Shown: positions 50,501-61,737 of the stretch, in pieces
Position numbering within the stretch: position 1 is the first letter of the stretch
How the letters are laid out: every line of letters starts with the position of its first letter
Notes under the pieces: generated by a model
What the model saw: the letters and a program-made list of their open reading frames with translations, nothing else
Database searches by the model: none
What the model was told of the DNA's origin: nothing
From: Tubulanus polymorphus
Taxonomy: Eukaryota > Animalia > Nemertea
Direction of reading: 5' to 3'
Assembly: GCF_964204645.1 (NCBI RefSeq)
Contig: NC_134030.1
Location: 10,071,222-10,135,221, forward strand
Length of the DNA: 64,000 nucleotides
Position numbers and translations under genes: made by a program

Positions 50501-51048
50501 AACTTGGAATCGGACTTTTGCCGCTGAAAGCGCTAACGCTTGGTCCGTTCTGAATTAGAACGGATTAAATTTACGCCGTTCTAATTATTAACGCTTGCAC
50601 GCGGCTTAGATAAATTGTTTGTTTATTGTGCAGTTTGGATTTCGTTACAAAATGTGATAATAAGTTGATCCAACCGGCAAAGTTTGGCCTTTAAGAGCAT
50701 TCTGTTTATAGTCATTTAAATGTAATGATATGAGAACCTAAGATCCTTAATCTTGAAGATGAGAGCGGCCGCGCAGCGAGTCCTGTCTGGAGGGATGTTA
50801 TCATGATCTTTCCTACGCCCGTCTACTGTTTTCGACACCGCTCTCTGTAAATCGTTTCAGGTAATATAATGACCTTATCGTACAGCGTTGGGTTGACGGC
50901 TGGCAGTGGTATAGCTTACTTGCTGGACCTAATAATCGGACCGCATCCTCTGCACTACTGTGATTATACCCACCTAACCCTGGCGCGTTGGAACTCGACA
51001 ACGCCCCCTAACGGTGGAAATATCGTATTCGGAAAACCTATTACGTAA
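44559..51048 (+). CDS. SLC29A4: Equilibrative nucleoside transporter 4-like (PMAT/ENT4), about 544-547 aa; exons 44559-45012, 46269-46343, 47214-47452 (or 47461), 48378-48627, 49191-49378, 49721-49961, 50861-51048
   Basis: ENT4 signatures LAGAGFLLPYNSFITAVDY, VQQSSFYGYTSMLPRRYTQAVMTGES, TLSLFPGIESE, FNLADFIGK, SNGYFGSVPMI and ELTGNIMTLSY. Phases are consistent across all junctions. In-frame TGA 15 nt upstream of the ATG. AATAAA at 51262-51267. Confidence 0.93.
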
Positions 51049-51728
51049 AGCTATATGAATGGGTCGAATTTTAGGGGTAAATTTGTCGCATCTTGCATGC
51101 TCTGTCTCGGCTTTAACTGGACGCAATGAAAGAATTGAAATATAGCTATGATGTAGAATAACATGTGTTAGCTAATTCCGTGGTACTCTGTGTGAATTTT
51201 TCTAAATTCAGAAAGAAACGTTTGATTATTGTTGGATTGTATAGTTATACATGTATTATGAAATAAATGAAGTATATGTGTAACAGAATTAGTTATTTAT
51301 GTTCTACAGTCGGTTCTACACTACACAAAATACAAGCATCCTCGCAACAGTTGTTACTTTATTCATTAGAAGATGGCAAATGAACTAATGTAAATTTCAA
51401 CTCAAAAGTCTTACTGCTGGTCCTGGTCTTTAATCCCGGAGCACGGCTCTCGGAAGCTGCAGATAGAAACCGGATATCTGATGCTTACTCTAGGCGCAAT
51501 AATTCGTGCGTAGCATGCCAGGAGCATGGCGAAGCCGTCTGTCACTGAACTTATGCTAAATCTCCTTATACTTATCCCCTAAGAGCTAGGCCCGGGATCC
51601 ATTCATCCAGCTATGTAGGACGAATATTATTTTGAAGCACGGTCGATGAGATCGTCGGGTTAATCGAGTAGTGTATACAGTGGAACCTCGTTATAACGAA
51701 CTCAGATACAACGATTCATCGGATATGA

Positions 51729-51911
51729 TGGTGCGGTGTGGCCGAGCCGTTTAGAGCGTTCGACTCTGGGAAGCCAGGTCGTTGGTTCGAACCCCGTACA
51801 TTGCCGTAGTGTCCTCGGGCAAGACACTTATCCTCATTGCCTCTCTCCACCCAGGAGTAAAGCGCCCTGAGCAGCCTGGCTGGATTTAGCGCTATATAAG
51901 ACACATATTAT
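51729..51911 (+). mobile_element. tRNA-derived SINE with a CORE-like middle and L2-type tail
   Basis: A box tggccgagccg, B box ggttcgaaccc, gtgtcctcgggcaagacactt, tail agcgctatataag..tattat. TATGA duplicated at 51724-51728 and 51912-51916. Confidence 0.8.
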
Positions 51912-52060
51912 TATGACAAATACAATGTATAGAATATAGAATTTCGTCCAAAGTGAGAACATTTTATTAATTTCATATTGGATATTGGATTTGATCCAAA
52001 GAGGCAAAACCTCTCGGCTATAACGAGCATGTTTTCTGGCCCCGTAAAGTTCGTTAGAAA

Positions 52061-53150
52061 TACTAGGGGTCCAGGGACACCATGCCCACTTGGGAACTGG
52101 TTTCAAATGCTAAACAATCTAACAATTTCAATATTCAACGCCCCCTGGTGATCATATAAAAAAACCAATGACCTTGAACATGTCATGAACTACAACTTTG
52201 CAATCGTTCATGGTAACAAAATATGCCTAGGTACCAATATAATATAATAAGGAAATACTAGGTTATTCTACTATTCAATGCCCCTGGTGACCATATAGAT
52301 AACTTATTTCCTTAAAACTCACCACAATCATAGACGATGTCACGAGCTACAACTTTGCAATTGATTGTGGTAACAAAATATGTATTGGTACAAATATAAT
52401 ATAGAAATACTAAGATATTGTATTATTCAACACCCCCTGGTGGCCATATACAAAAACCAATGAACTTGAAACTCACCACAATCATAGAACACGTATAAGC
52501 TACAACTTTCTAATTCATTGTTGTAAGAAAATATGCTTAAGATATCGATATAATGTAGAAAAACTTTTTCCCACCTACGAATGAGTACTGATGACACCAA
52601 GATGGCCGCCAATGGCGTCATAATTGGCTGATCAAAAATACCTATCTCAGGTATAAAACATCCCTTACCAAAGAATACCAATCAGCAATTGCAATGAGAA
52701 ATGGCAAACAAGTAGGAAGCTACAGGACTCAGAATTCGGGCCAAAATTGACATTTTTGGGCACTTAAAAGGTCCTAGGACGACCATCTTAAGTCCGATCG
52801 ACCCGATTTTGTTATGCTGATGGGCCCTGGGAGGGTTCAAATATATACGATAGATCAAGGTAATTGATCAAGGCGTCTTCAAAATTTCCCTCAAAAAGTT
52901 CAAAAACGTGTAAAAAGTGCTGATTTTGGCGAACAGCAATGGCTGCCAGTCGGCCATCTTGATTCTGACAGAGCAAGTTTTTGGGCTGAAGATGTGTCTA
53001 GGGTAGATACATGTATAAACCAAATATCAAGACATTACCTTGAAGCGTCTTCAAAACTTCCCAAAATAACTGGATTCCGTCTACGGACGGACGACGGACG
53101 AAAAGTGAACGCAATAGTCCGATGGGACTAAAGTCCCAAGTGGGCTAAAA
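52061..53150 (+). mobile_element. Non-autonomous Helentron/DINE-1-type rolling-circle element
   Basis: Subterminal inverted repeat gcccacttggga (52084-52095) / tcccaagtgggc (53134-53145). Terminal hairpin tgggact-aa-agtccca. ACGG microsatellite at 53083-53100. Three internal tandem units of about 150 bp. A-rich junctions and no TSD. Confidence 0.75.
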
Positions 53151-53797
53151 AGGGGTCGTTGTTTCCGATGAATTTTAACTGTAAATGAGAAGGATTTAGC
53201 CCGCAGATTTTTTATCGTACGTAGCAAGCGATGGTTCGTTCGTTCCGAGATTCCACTGTAGTCGTTTCTTCAAACCTGACGATGGTCTCTTTCGATTTCA
53301 ATTTTAAGAACGAATTTCGTTCGTGTACTCTGTAGTGGGTTTTAATCTCAGGGTTTAATCTCATCGTCGATTTCTCGGGGCGAAATCTATCCTCGTCTGG
53401 AGTGTAGCTACCACTACTGCAGCCAAGGGCGCGTCGCCTGAATTACTCAAATTAATACTTTTTCGACCAATCGATTCCCGCGCACAAAAAAAGCAACGAA
53501 CGACAATAAAACTTATTTGTAAAACTAATGGGTTTATTTGGACCCGTTGTTTTTTACAAAGCGACAGAAATAGAGGCGTGGTCATATTCTACGCAGATTG
53601 ATAGAGGGAAAAAACTCGATGAAGAAAATGTCGACGAACAAAGATATTGAATGAAAATACATGTCCGAACAAATGTGATTCGAATTACGCCGTAACGATT
53701 ACCGGACACATCGATCACTCGCTTATTCTATTCTGCAAGTCACTCATCCCGTGAGACAGTTCCACAATGAAAGGTTCGTATTTTATTCTAAGGTAAG

Positions 53798-53965
53798 GTC
53801 AGATTATTTGAACTGAACTAAGATTTAAGGAAGTGCCAAAAGCATACGTAGGTGGGCTTAAACTGGTCTTAAATCTGTGCCGTCAGATCATTTGAACTGA
53901 ACTAAGATTTAAGGAAGTGCCAAAAGCATACGTAGGTGGGCTTAAACTGGTCTTAAATCTGTGCC
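53798..53965. repeat. 84-bp direct tandem duplication
   Basis: Two nearly identical copies starting gtcagat.atttgaactgaac at 53798 and 53882. Confidence 0.9.
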
Positions 53966-54324
53966 ATGACTCGTTGGTTCTATATACATATATACATAGC
54001 CAATCTAACAACGTAATACCAATCTACGACCACGGTCACGACTGCGCTATTGGAATCCAGGGCCCGGTTACACAGTCGTAAATTAAACCTAAGACCAGCC
54101 TTAAGCCGTTAAGGTCTTAGATCTAAACAATAACTGCGCAACCGGTTCCGATGAGTTTTATGATCGGCTTAACAAGATGAGATATATTGAAATTATGCTG
54201 AGTGAGTGACTTTGCAGAATACAGGCTCAATCGATCGGAACGTTTTGATTAAAAAAAAAACAGCAGAAGTTTGTACGCGTGTACTTAAATATACACCTGT
54301 AGTTGTACAATGCCTAATTGATAT

Positions 54325-56057
54325 TTATGGTTCCTCGAATCCTCCGAGCCCGTCATCAGAAGGAGGCGCCTCGCCGGTTTTCTCGTCGGTGTCATCATCG
54401 TCTTTCATGCGTTCTTGTTCCCGACGACGGAAGTCGCACGAATCGCACGATTTAGCGCACTGGAACTGCATGAACGGTTTCGAGTACGGCTGACTGCAGT
54501 GACCGGCGTGGGCCCAGAGCTCGCAGTCGCGGTCGTTGTAATCGTTCGGGCAGTCCCCTTTTTCACGAGCTGAAAAATTCAAAAATTATCAAAGATATCA
54601 TTATTATTCTATATTTTGAATGAACAAAAAGACAAATAGGCCTAAACATGTTTTTAAATTATTTCATTCTTTTTTCAATACCCTCAGCCCACTGAGCGCT
54701 ACGCAGGGGGCATTGTTAGCGGGTTCGATGTTTACAAGAACCTTCGACTTCGAACCCGTGAACTGATGAAACCAGTCGTAGTTAAATCGTACATTGTACT
54801 AAGCTAAGAATAAGCAAAGTAAATGCAGATTTTGCAGCAGGTTTCCATTTGAATACATGTTGAAACGTCGAGGTGGAAAACGGCAACCGGTTTCACAGAA
54901 CGCCCTTAAGTTTCGTTAGTCATAATAATACAGAAGTAATGCCTCCAGGGGCGGACCTATAGGGTGTCTGATTCAGGGGTAGGTGCACCCCAAAATAGGG
55001 CACAAGGTATAATTCAAAGGGCACCTCGAAAGAAAGTTCTCTACTTTCAATCTCAGTTTCAATTTCAGTCACTTTCGTCTCTTACTAGCTAGACGTTTGC
55101 AGTGTGATTTAAAGATATGCATTTATAGAGGGACACGCGATGTTTTGCGATATAAAATGAAATCGGATTATGTACGAGTGTCACATTTAAATACTCACAG
55201 TCACATGAATCGCAAGAACTGGCGCAGTGAACTTTCATCCAGGTGTTGTATGTACAGTGTCCACCGATTGCCCATTCATCGCACTCCTCGTCACGGGGGT
55301 GGCGGTTGTCACACGGTCCTGTAAGAAACGTACGTGAAATGAAATTAGGAAATACATGGCTATCTATATATGTACTGGCGGAGCGCTAAGCGATTTGAAC
55401 AGGGGCGGGAGAAGGCCGAGGTCCAGAAGAAAATTAGGGCATTTCTCGAATAAAGCGGCCAAGTGTCAAGGACAAGTGGGGTCCCTCCAACTAGGGTAAG
55501 CTATCTTAGAAGAAATCCACCCGCAAAGAGATGACGAGTATCAAGTAGTAAGTCAGGATCCGGACCCCTTTGATCAGCCCCGCTAAAAAAACACTGATTT
55601 ACCGGTAGGTGGCGTCATGATCTATCTTTCGTCGTGTCAAAATAACTTCAATTTCACATTCGTAAGACCCAACAAAAATAGATTAGATCGAATTTTTTAC
55701 TCGGTGATTGGTATTGTTTTGATTCAATTTTTATTGGCTTAATGTATAGATGAAACACGATTGCCACTCGATGAATCGAAAACTACTGCGGTTAATGTTT
55801 TAAGTTCCCTACAAGAACGTACCTCTGACAAGTTTTGGTTTGCTCGGTTTCTCCGTTCCACCCTCAGCGTCTCCGAAGTCGGGAAAATCGTCGTCTTGGG
55901 CCAGAATTGGAGCCAGGAATACTACAGATATTTCAAAAACATATACAAATATATTTTAACCCGGCATTTTTATATAAAGCGATCTTTAAAATGCATTTCA
56001 TTGAAAGCTATACTTACGGCCCAAACTGCATATCAGAAGCATCCACGAAGGCTTCAT
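54325..56057 (-). CDS. Secreted twin-ShKT-domain protein, paralog A, 167 aa; exons 56057-56018, 55921-55823, 55318-55199, 54569-54325
   Basis: Signal MKPSWMLLICSLGLFLAPILA. Acidic DDDFPDFGDAE. ShKT1 CDNRHPRDEECDEWAIGGHCTYNTWMKVHCASSCDSC. ShKT2 CPNDYNDRDCELWAHAGHCSQPYSKPFMQFQCAKSCDSC. Ends GGFEEP*. All introns GT-AG, phase 1. Confidence 0.88.
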
Positions 56058-57404
56058 ATTCATATATGACCCTAGAATTTTTAGAAAGAATGCATACAGA
56101 TTTTAGGCATTCTTTTTTATTACTTTGTCAAGATTCTATGGAATAGCAAAATCAAATAATATTTTGCGAATGAATACATAGTGAACTAGACAATTCACTT
56201 TGACCAGCCTTTCGAACTCCATAAAGCGCTTAGACGGTCGTAAAATCGTTCACGGATGTTTGGATTTGAAGGAAAATGTTCCTTCGAGTTTTACACTGGT
56301 GTCCGTCATTTCAACGACGAATATAAATCATCAGACCGATCCAAGAACAACATGTACGAATTTATGTTTTTTTCTGTCTATAAATACATCAAAAACGGTC
56401 ACATACCTTGCGATTATTCGTCAGAGCAGTTTTTACAAGATGAATCTAAGGCTTTGTTCTCGTATCCAACTCGTCCCGCAGTAGTGACCCGGAGTTAATG
56501 CCAACACGGCAGCCGCATCAGTCGATGAGGAAAAAAACCTACAAAAACCTCATCCACGTCGACAACAGAAGAGGAGAAAACAGGGGCATCGCAGCGACTA
56601 GATCTCTTCGATCGACTCAAGACAACACAAACAGACTTGTTGTCCATCGGATCCTAAACTCGTTTGTGGCTCTAGGGCTTTATATCTTATGCACTTCCCT
56701 AGTTATCAAAGGAATCAGTTCATTGTTTTAAATCCGAACTTAAAACCTGTCCTTTTTTCAAACTATCTTGCTGATGTGTCTTTTGTTTTCTGATGTGCAG
56801 ATATTATTTCTCTACTTATAAACTTAAAACTTATATACTTTATAAATTGGTATATATGAGCAAATAAAACTATCATTGTTTGTAATTATAATTATGATTA
56901 TCAGTATTGATAAGTGTCGTAAAACGTTGGTTTATGTCTCAAAAACGGAAAAAGGCATTTTGTCGACTTGAATTCCATTTCATTTCGTGGATCTGGTAGT
57001 TTTGAAAACCTTGCCGAACTTCAAACTTGCTTTGAAACACGTTTTTGAAGCGATTTACACGGCTTAACAGTGTCGCGAAGTTTCCATCGGGAGCCGCTTA
57101 TATCGTGTCGGGAGAATGAGAATACAGCTGGTTTCCATCGAAAACTTTTTTTTCTCTGACCCAAACAGTTCCGACATACGTTCGTATTCGTAATCTGGGT
57201 TACGAGAAAAAAGACGAAGAGCTCGGTCGAATGAGAAAATAAGGAAGTATATACAACCCCATACATCGATGTGCTACAGTTTACGTACATAGTTTTATTT
57301 CAAAATGTAGATAAAAGTAGACATGCAAAATGCTATATGAAAAATCTAGAATGAAGCTCTGTATTTGTGGAAATGGTTATGATATAGGAATTAGAGGACT
57401 TCAT

Positions 57405-59680
57405 TTATGGTTCGTCAAATCGACCTATTTCGTCGTCGTCCGGGTTGACCTTTTCACCGGTTTTCTCGTCCTTGCGCTGATCCTCGACAACAGCTCGCAG
57501 ACGCTCTTGGTGCCGTCGCCGGAATTCGCACGAGTTGCACGAGCGAGCGCACTGGAACTGCATGAACGGTTTAGAGTACGGGTGGTTGCAGTGGCCGGCG
57601 TGGGCCCAGATCTCACAGTCATGTTCGTTGTAGTCATTCGGGCACGAACCCCTACGGGGAACTGAAAGGTTTCGAAAAAAGTGCACAAATACGTTGGGAT
57701 TTAGGGTGCTTATTGACTACAGGGGCTCGTGATATCCGGAGAACTATTATTTTCAGACTGAGGCTAATGAAATCGAAACGAAAAAAAAATTGTTTAATCT
57801 TTTCATTTATGTAATTATATCTTCTGGATTTGGCTCCAAAGTTAAGATGTTTACTCCGCAGTCCAAATGAGTTCATTTTCAATCATTTTGGGCCTAGGAA
57901 ACTATGGTTTTCTGTAGGTTGTACATTAAAGTACATCGGCAAAATACCATAGACACATAATGAAAAAGCTTTATCTATTTATTCCTGAGCCCCGCAAAAA
58001 ACAGTCGTTTCAACCCACTTAACGATAAGTGACTGCGATGAAAAACGTGAACTTTACCGTGGCAAGTATTACAAGAACTGGCGCAGTAAACCGTCATCCA
58101 AAGATTGTGTCGACAATGGTCGTTTACAGCCCACATGTCACATTCTATGTCGCGTATGTGACGGTTGTTACATGGTCCTGAAAATTGCGAAATATATCAC
58201 AGTCAAATAAGTCGAGAATATGCACAATATCGTGTAAGATGAATATACGAGATAACACAATAGTTAGGCCAAGGATGTAAAAGTTGTGAGACTAAAATAG
58301 TATTTGAGCATGACTACTAGAATATAGTCGATAGGTCGAATACCAGCTCAAGGAAACATTTTCGTACTAGTCTTTATGTTTTCGTCTTTATATCGTGGGA
58401 TTCTCGTATAATATTTTGAGCAACGGTCCGACTGTTAGCCATCATTAGGTATACCGATGGCTAATTACCAAACGCCTGATGATGGCTGTAGTCTTTGGCC
58501 GAAACGTTGCTCAGAATATATACTCTCTTACTCAAGAATTTTACATCATTTCTTTGCTTGGCTGAATTGTTGTGGGATTTCTCTCGTGTTAGTCAAATTA
58601 CTATAATGATTGGTGAATTCAATCTCACTCATTGGGTTAAGCCCCTCGAAAGTTTGTAATCAATAGCATAATTGATTTTTACTATCAACATATAAACTGC
58701 CCGCATAATCGTATAAGAAATTGAAGGCAGTCGCATGATATAACGATTTGCTTCTGCATAGAAATGTGCAATTTCACAGGTTTTGGGTGAAAGGATAAAC
58801 AACAGATCTTACAAATAAATACCTTAAGATCTAAACCTAAATAACAGAATATCTGTAACCACGACAGGTCAATTTCTATGGAATATTTTCTGGAATACAC
58901 GTATTCTTTTTTTAGAGTGCGAAAGTCTTACACTCTTTGAACGCACGGCACTCGAAACGAAGCATTCCGAAACCCTTGACCGCGCTCGATCTTACAAGCT
59001 GCGTCTAATACGTAATACGTACCTCGAGTAATCGAAGGTCGTGTAGGTTTTTCCGTGGCGGCTTCAGCCTCGCCGAAATCAGGAAAATCATCGTCGTCTT
59101 CAAACTGGGTTAGAGCTGGCACCAGTAATACTGCAAACAAGTTTTCAATTTCGATACAGTAGAACTCGCTTAATTCGGACCACCTGGGACTGGGACATTT
59201 TGTCCAAATTAGACAAAAAAATTAGACGAATTATATGCTCTCATTCGAATAGAAATAACCTAGAGAGGACTGGAATTTTAGTCCGAAATATGTGAAAATC
59301 GGATGAATAACCGATCCAAATAAAGCTAGTTGTATTCATCAACAATTACTACAAGGAGAAGATGCCATTTCTCGATTAAATCGATTTGAAATATCAGTTA
59401 GATATTAGAAATAGAATTGAATTCAAATTATCATAAGACAAATGCAAATTATTCTGTAACCGCGCTAGTATATTAGTTTTAGGGTTTACTCATAATTTTG
59501 TTATGTCACATCAAGTTGTGTAATTCTTCTGACACAATTAACAATAAACTACAAGTTACGTAAAACTTCGACTCAATAAACAATTAACATTTAAACAGCT
59601 TTCGACAAAATTCCGACAATTGCTTGAAATCAAAACACATAATTACCGGCCAAACTACAGAAAATGAGCATCAACTTCAT
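57405..59680 (-). CDS. Secreted twin-ShKT-domain protein, paralog B, 172 aa; exons 59680-59647, 59130-59023, 58177-58058, 57661-57405
   Basis: Signal MKLMLIFCSLAVLLVPALT. DDDDFPDFGEAE. Two 6-Cys ShKT domains ending CxxSCxxC. Ends GRFDEP*. Phase-1 GT-AG introns at the same positions as paralog A. Confidence 0.88.
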
Positions 59681-61737
59681 TTTACGCTGAAATAGCAAGA
59701 TTAAAAGATCATAAAAAATCGTTCAATAACATACAGATATTCATCAAAAAGTCCGAACGAAGGAAGATTTGTTGTCATACCTGGTTTGGGTGAGTCAGTA
59801 GCTAGGATTTTTACGCAAAGTTCGCGAAACGATCCGTTGAGACAAATGACATCAGAAATGCCTGGTAAATCTTCAAAACGCGGATAAATCCAGTTCACGG
59901 GGTCGAAACACCGCGGGAAACAAAGACGAAGGAGGCACATTTTTGTGATCGATGATGCAAAGATACAGGGCGGGCTATTGTTCCAAGAAACAAGGCAAAG
60001 TTTTTTCGGTTTTTGTGTCATGCAGATTAGCGTGTTTTATTTCAAAATTTCGAACGTTCGTCGTTATCGGGTCAATCATGCAGTCTTTATTTCCTGCCTC
60101 GTTAGCACATTAGGTTTTTGGTAATTTTCCATTTAGTCTTAGCAGGGCGAGTCCAGCTTACCGCTCCTAACACTTGAGCGGTACTCGCGATTTTAGAGGT
60201 GTCCTATTTTCAAGTTCTGGTAGAAGTAGGCTAAAATGGTCAATTTGAATGATCGAAAATGGGTAAACTTCTTATTTCTACTGAATAATTTTTCTTTGTC
60301 AAAATGTCATATCTTGTGGACACAGAAAAGGAGCCCCAAATTGGTACTCAGATTGCATCTCAAAGCCCTTAGAATTCAAAATGTTCTATAACATAGGAGC
60401 CCTTCCACAGCTGAGCAGTACTCAAAACCTTTAGGCTAGATCCGCCCCTGCTTAGTGAACAAGAGTGCGGGAAGATGGATAGATCAGTTCAATACTTCCT
60501 AGTTCGTTACGTGTGAATGGGCCAAACAATAAAGTAGAGCTCGACCCAGGGTCCGATTCCGCGTGTGTGAGTTATGAGTGGATACTGACTTAAAATCAGT
60601 TATTTCAAAGGATTCAGGACTCAACTCAACAGTCGAAACATCGAAAATGAATTCTAACCGTAGTCAGTGGTGGATCCAGTGGTGTCCGCGGGGTCCGGAA
60701 ACCTCCCCTTAAAATACCATCTTCAAATATTCCGGACTGAATAATTTTTGGAAGAAAGATCGAAAATACTAAAGAAAATACCAACATTTTGTTGTAGCAA
60801 TATGCTATTTTATCAATTCTAAAAGATCTTAAAAATCACCTGTAATTTCCTTAAGTAATTTAGTTCGCGAAAAAGAACACCCGGTAAATCAAAAAAAAAT
60901 TGTGTATGTTAACAACGAAATTGCCACGAAGCTCAGAACAGGCCCTTAATCTTTTAAGTGGGTGACCCTTTTTAGCCATTGACCCTGGATCCGCCACTGG
61001 GCCGGTTGCATAGACCAGTCTTAAGATTTAAGACCACAATTTTGGACATAAGTCACGACTGTGCAACAGGCTCCTGGTTCTTTACTCAATTCCGCAAGGA
61101 ACTGCATGGGTCAGTGGCTTTAAAATGGAAGATAAAGTGAAATCTCAGTCGATGCGAGGAAATAAACCGCTGAATTGTATTATTGATGTATCATAATTTG
61201 AACATTTCTGTATGATTTCGATAACGTCTGGGAGTTTGATAGATTTCGATATTGTTAGAGGCGGATTCGTTGAAACGGAAGACTAAACTCTGCCCTCATA
61301 CGTTTTTTACTTATCCCCGGGATGGTATCGCATTCATATCCAGTGATTTACAAGACCGACTAATTACCAGGCACTTGCTAAAAGCATCGATTATTTTTTT
61401 CGTGCGTAATTGACAATTCGATACAAAATCGTAGCCTTCCCGGACCAGACCTATATCGAATTAATTATCGTACGAATTATAATGATATATAAAAATATAC
61501 AATATTCATATAATGTTATAGCGATAATATCTATCTTGGTATAAGTTGAATTTCATTTACGTTACTATTGAATATATTGAAATTCATCAACAACCAATAT
61601 CTATAATGATCTTTTGTCGGCGGTCTATTTCGAACTCGCCTAATCTCTATCATCAGTAAGCTCTCCAAGTATATTTATTACTACGTGTTAGGTGCTCGTT
61701 CGCCATCTATCGGAAATTCATGGCGAAAACGCGTCGT

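Larger units (their letters stand above)
51678..53258. mobile_element. Tigger-like MITE interrupted by two younger insertions
   Basis: ta|cagtggaacctcg ... cgagattccactg|ta. Internal pieces align with the uninterrupted copy at 1966-2122. Confidence 0.75.

Noticed and set aside
51729-51800. tRNA gene (also B-box-like hits near 13590, 32550 and 36720)
   Set aside because: No complete cloverleaf. The head continues into SINE core and tail sequence with a target duplication.
56498-56600. Alternative first exon for ShKT paralog A (MPLFSPLLLSTW...)
   Set aside because: Donor is in phase 2. The exon at 56057-56018 has the required phase 1 and resembles the first exons of paralogs B and C.
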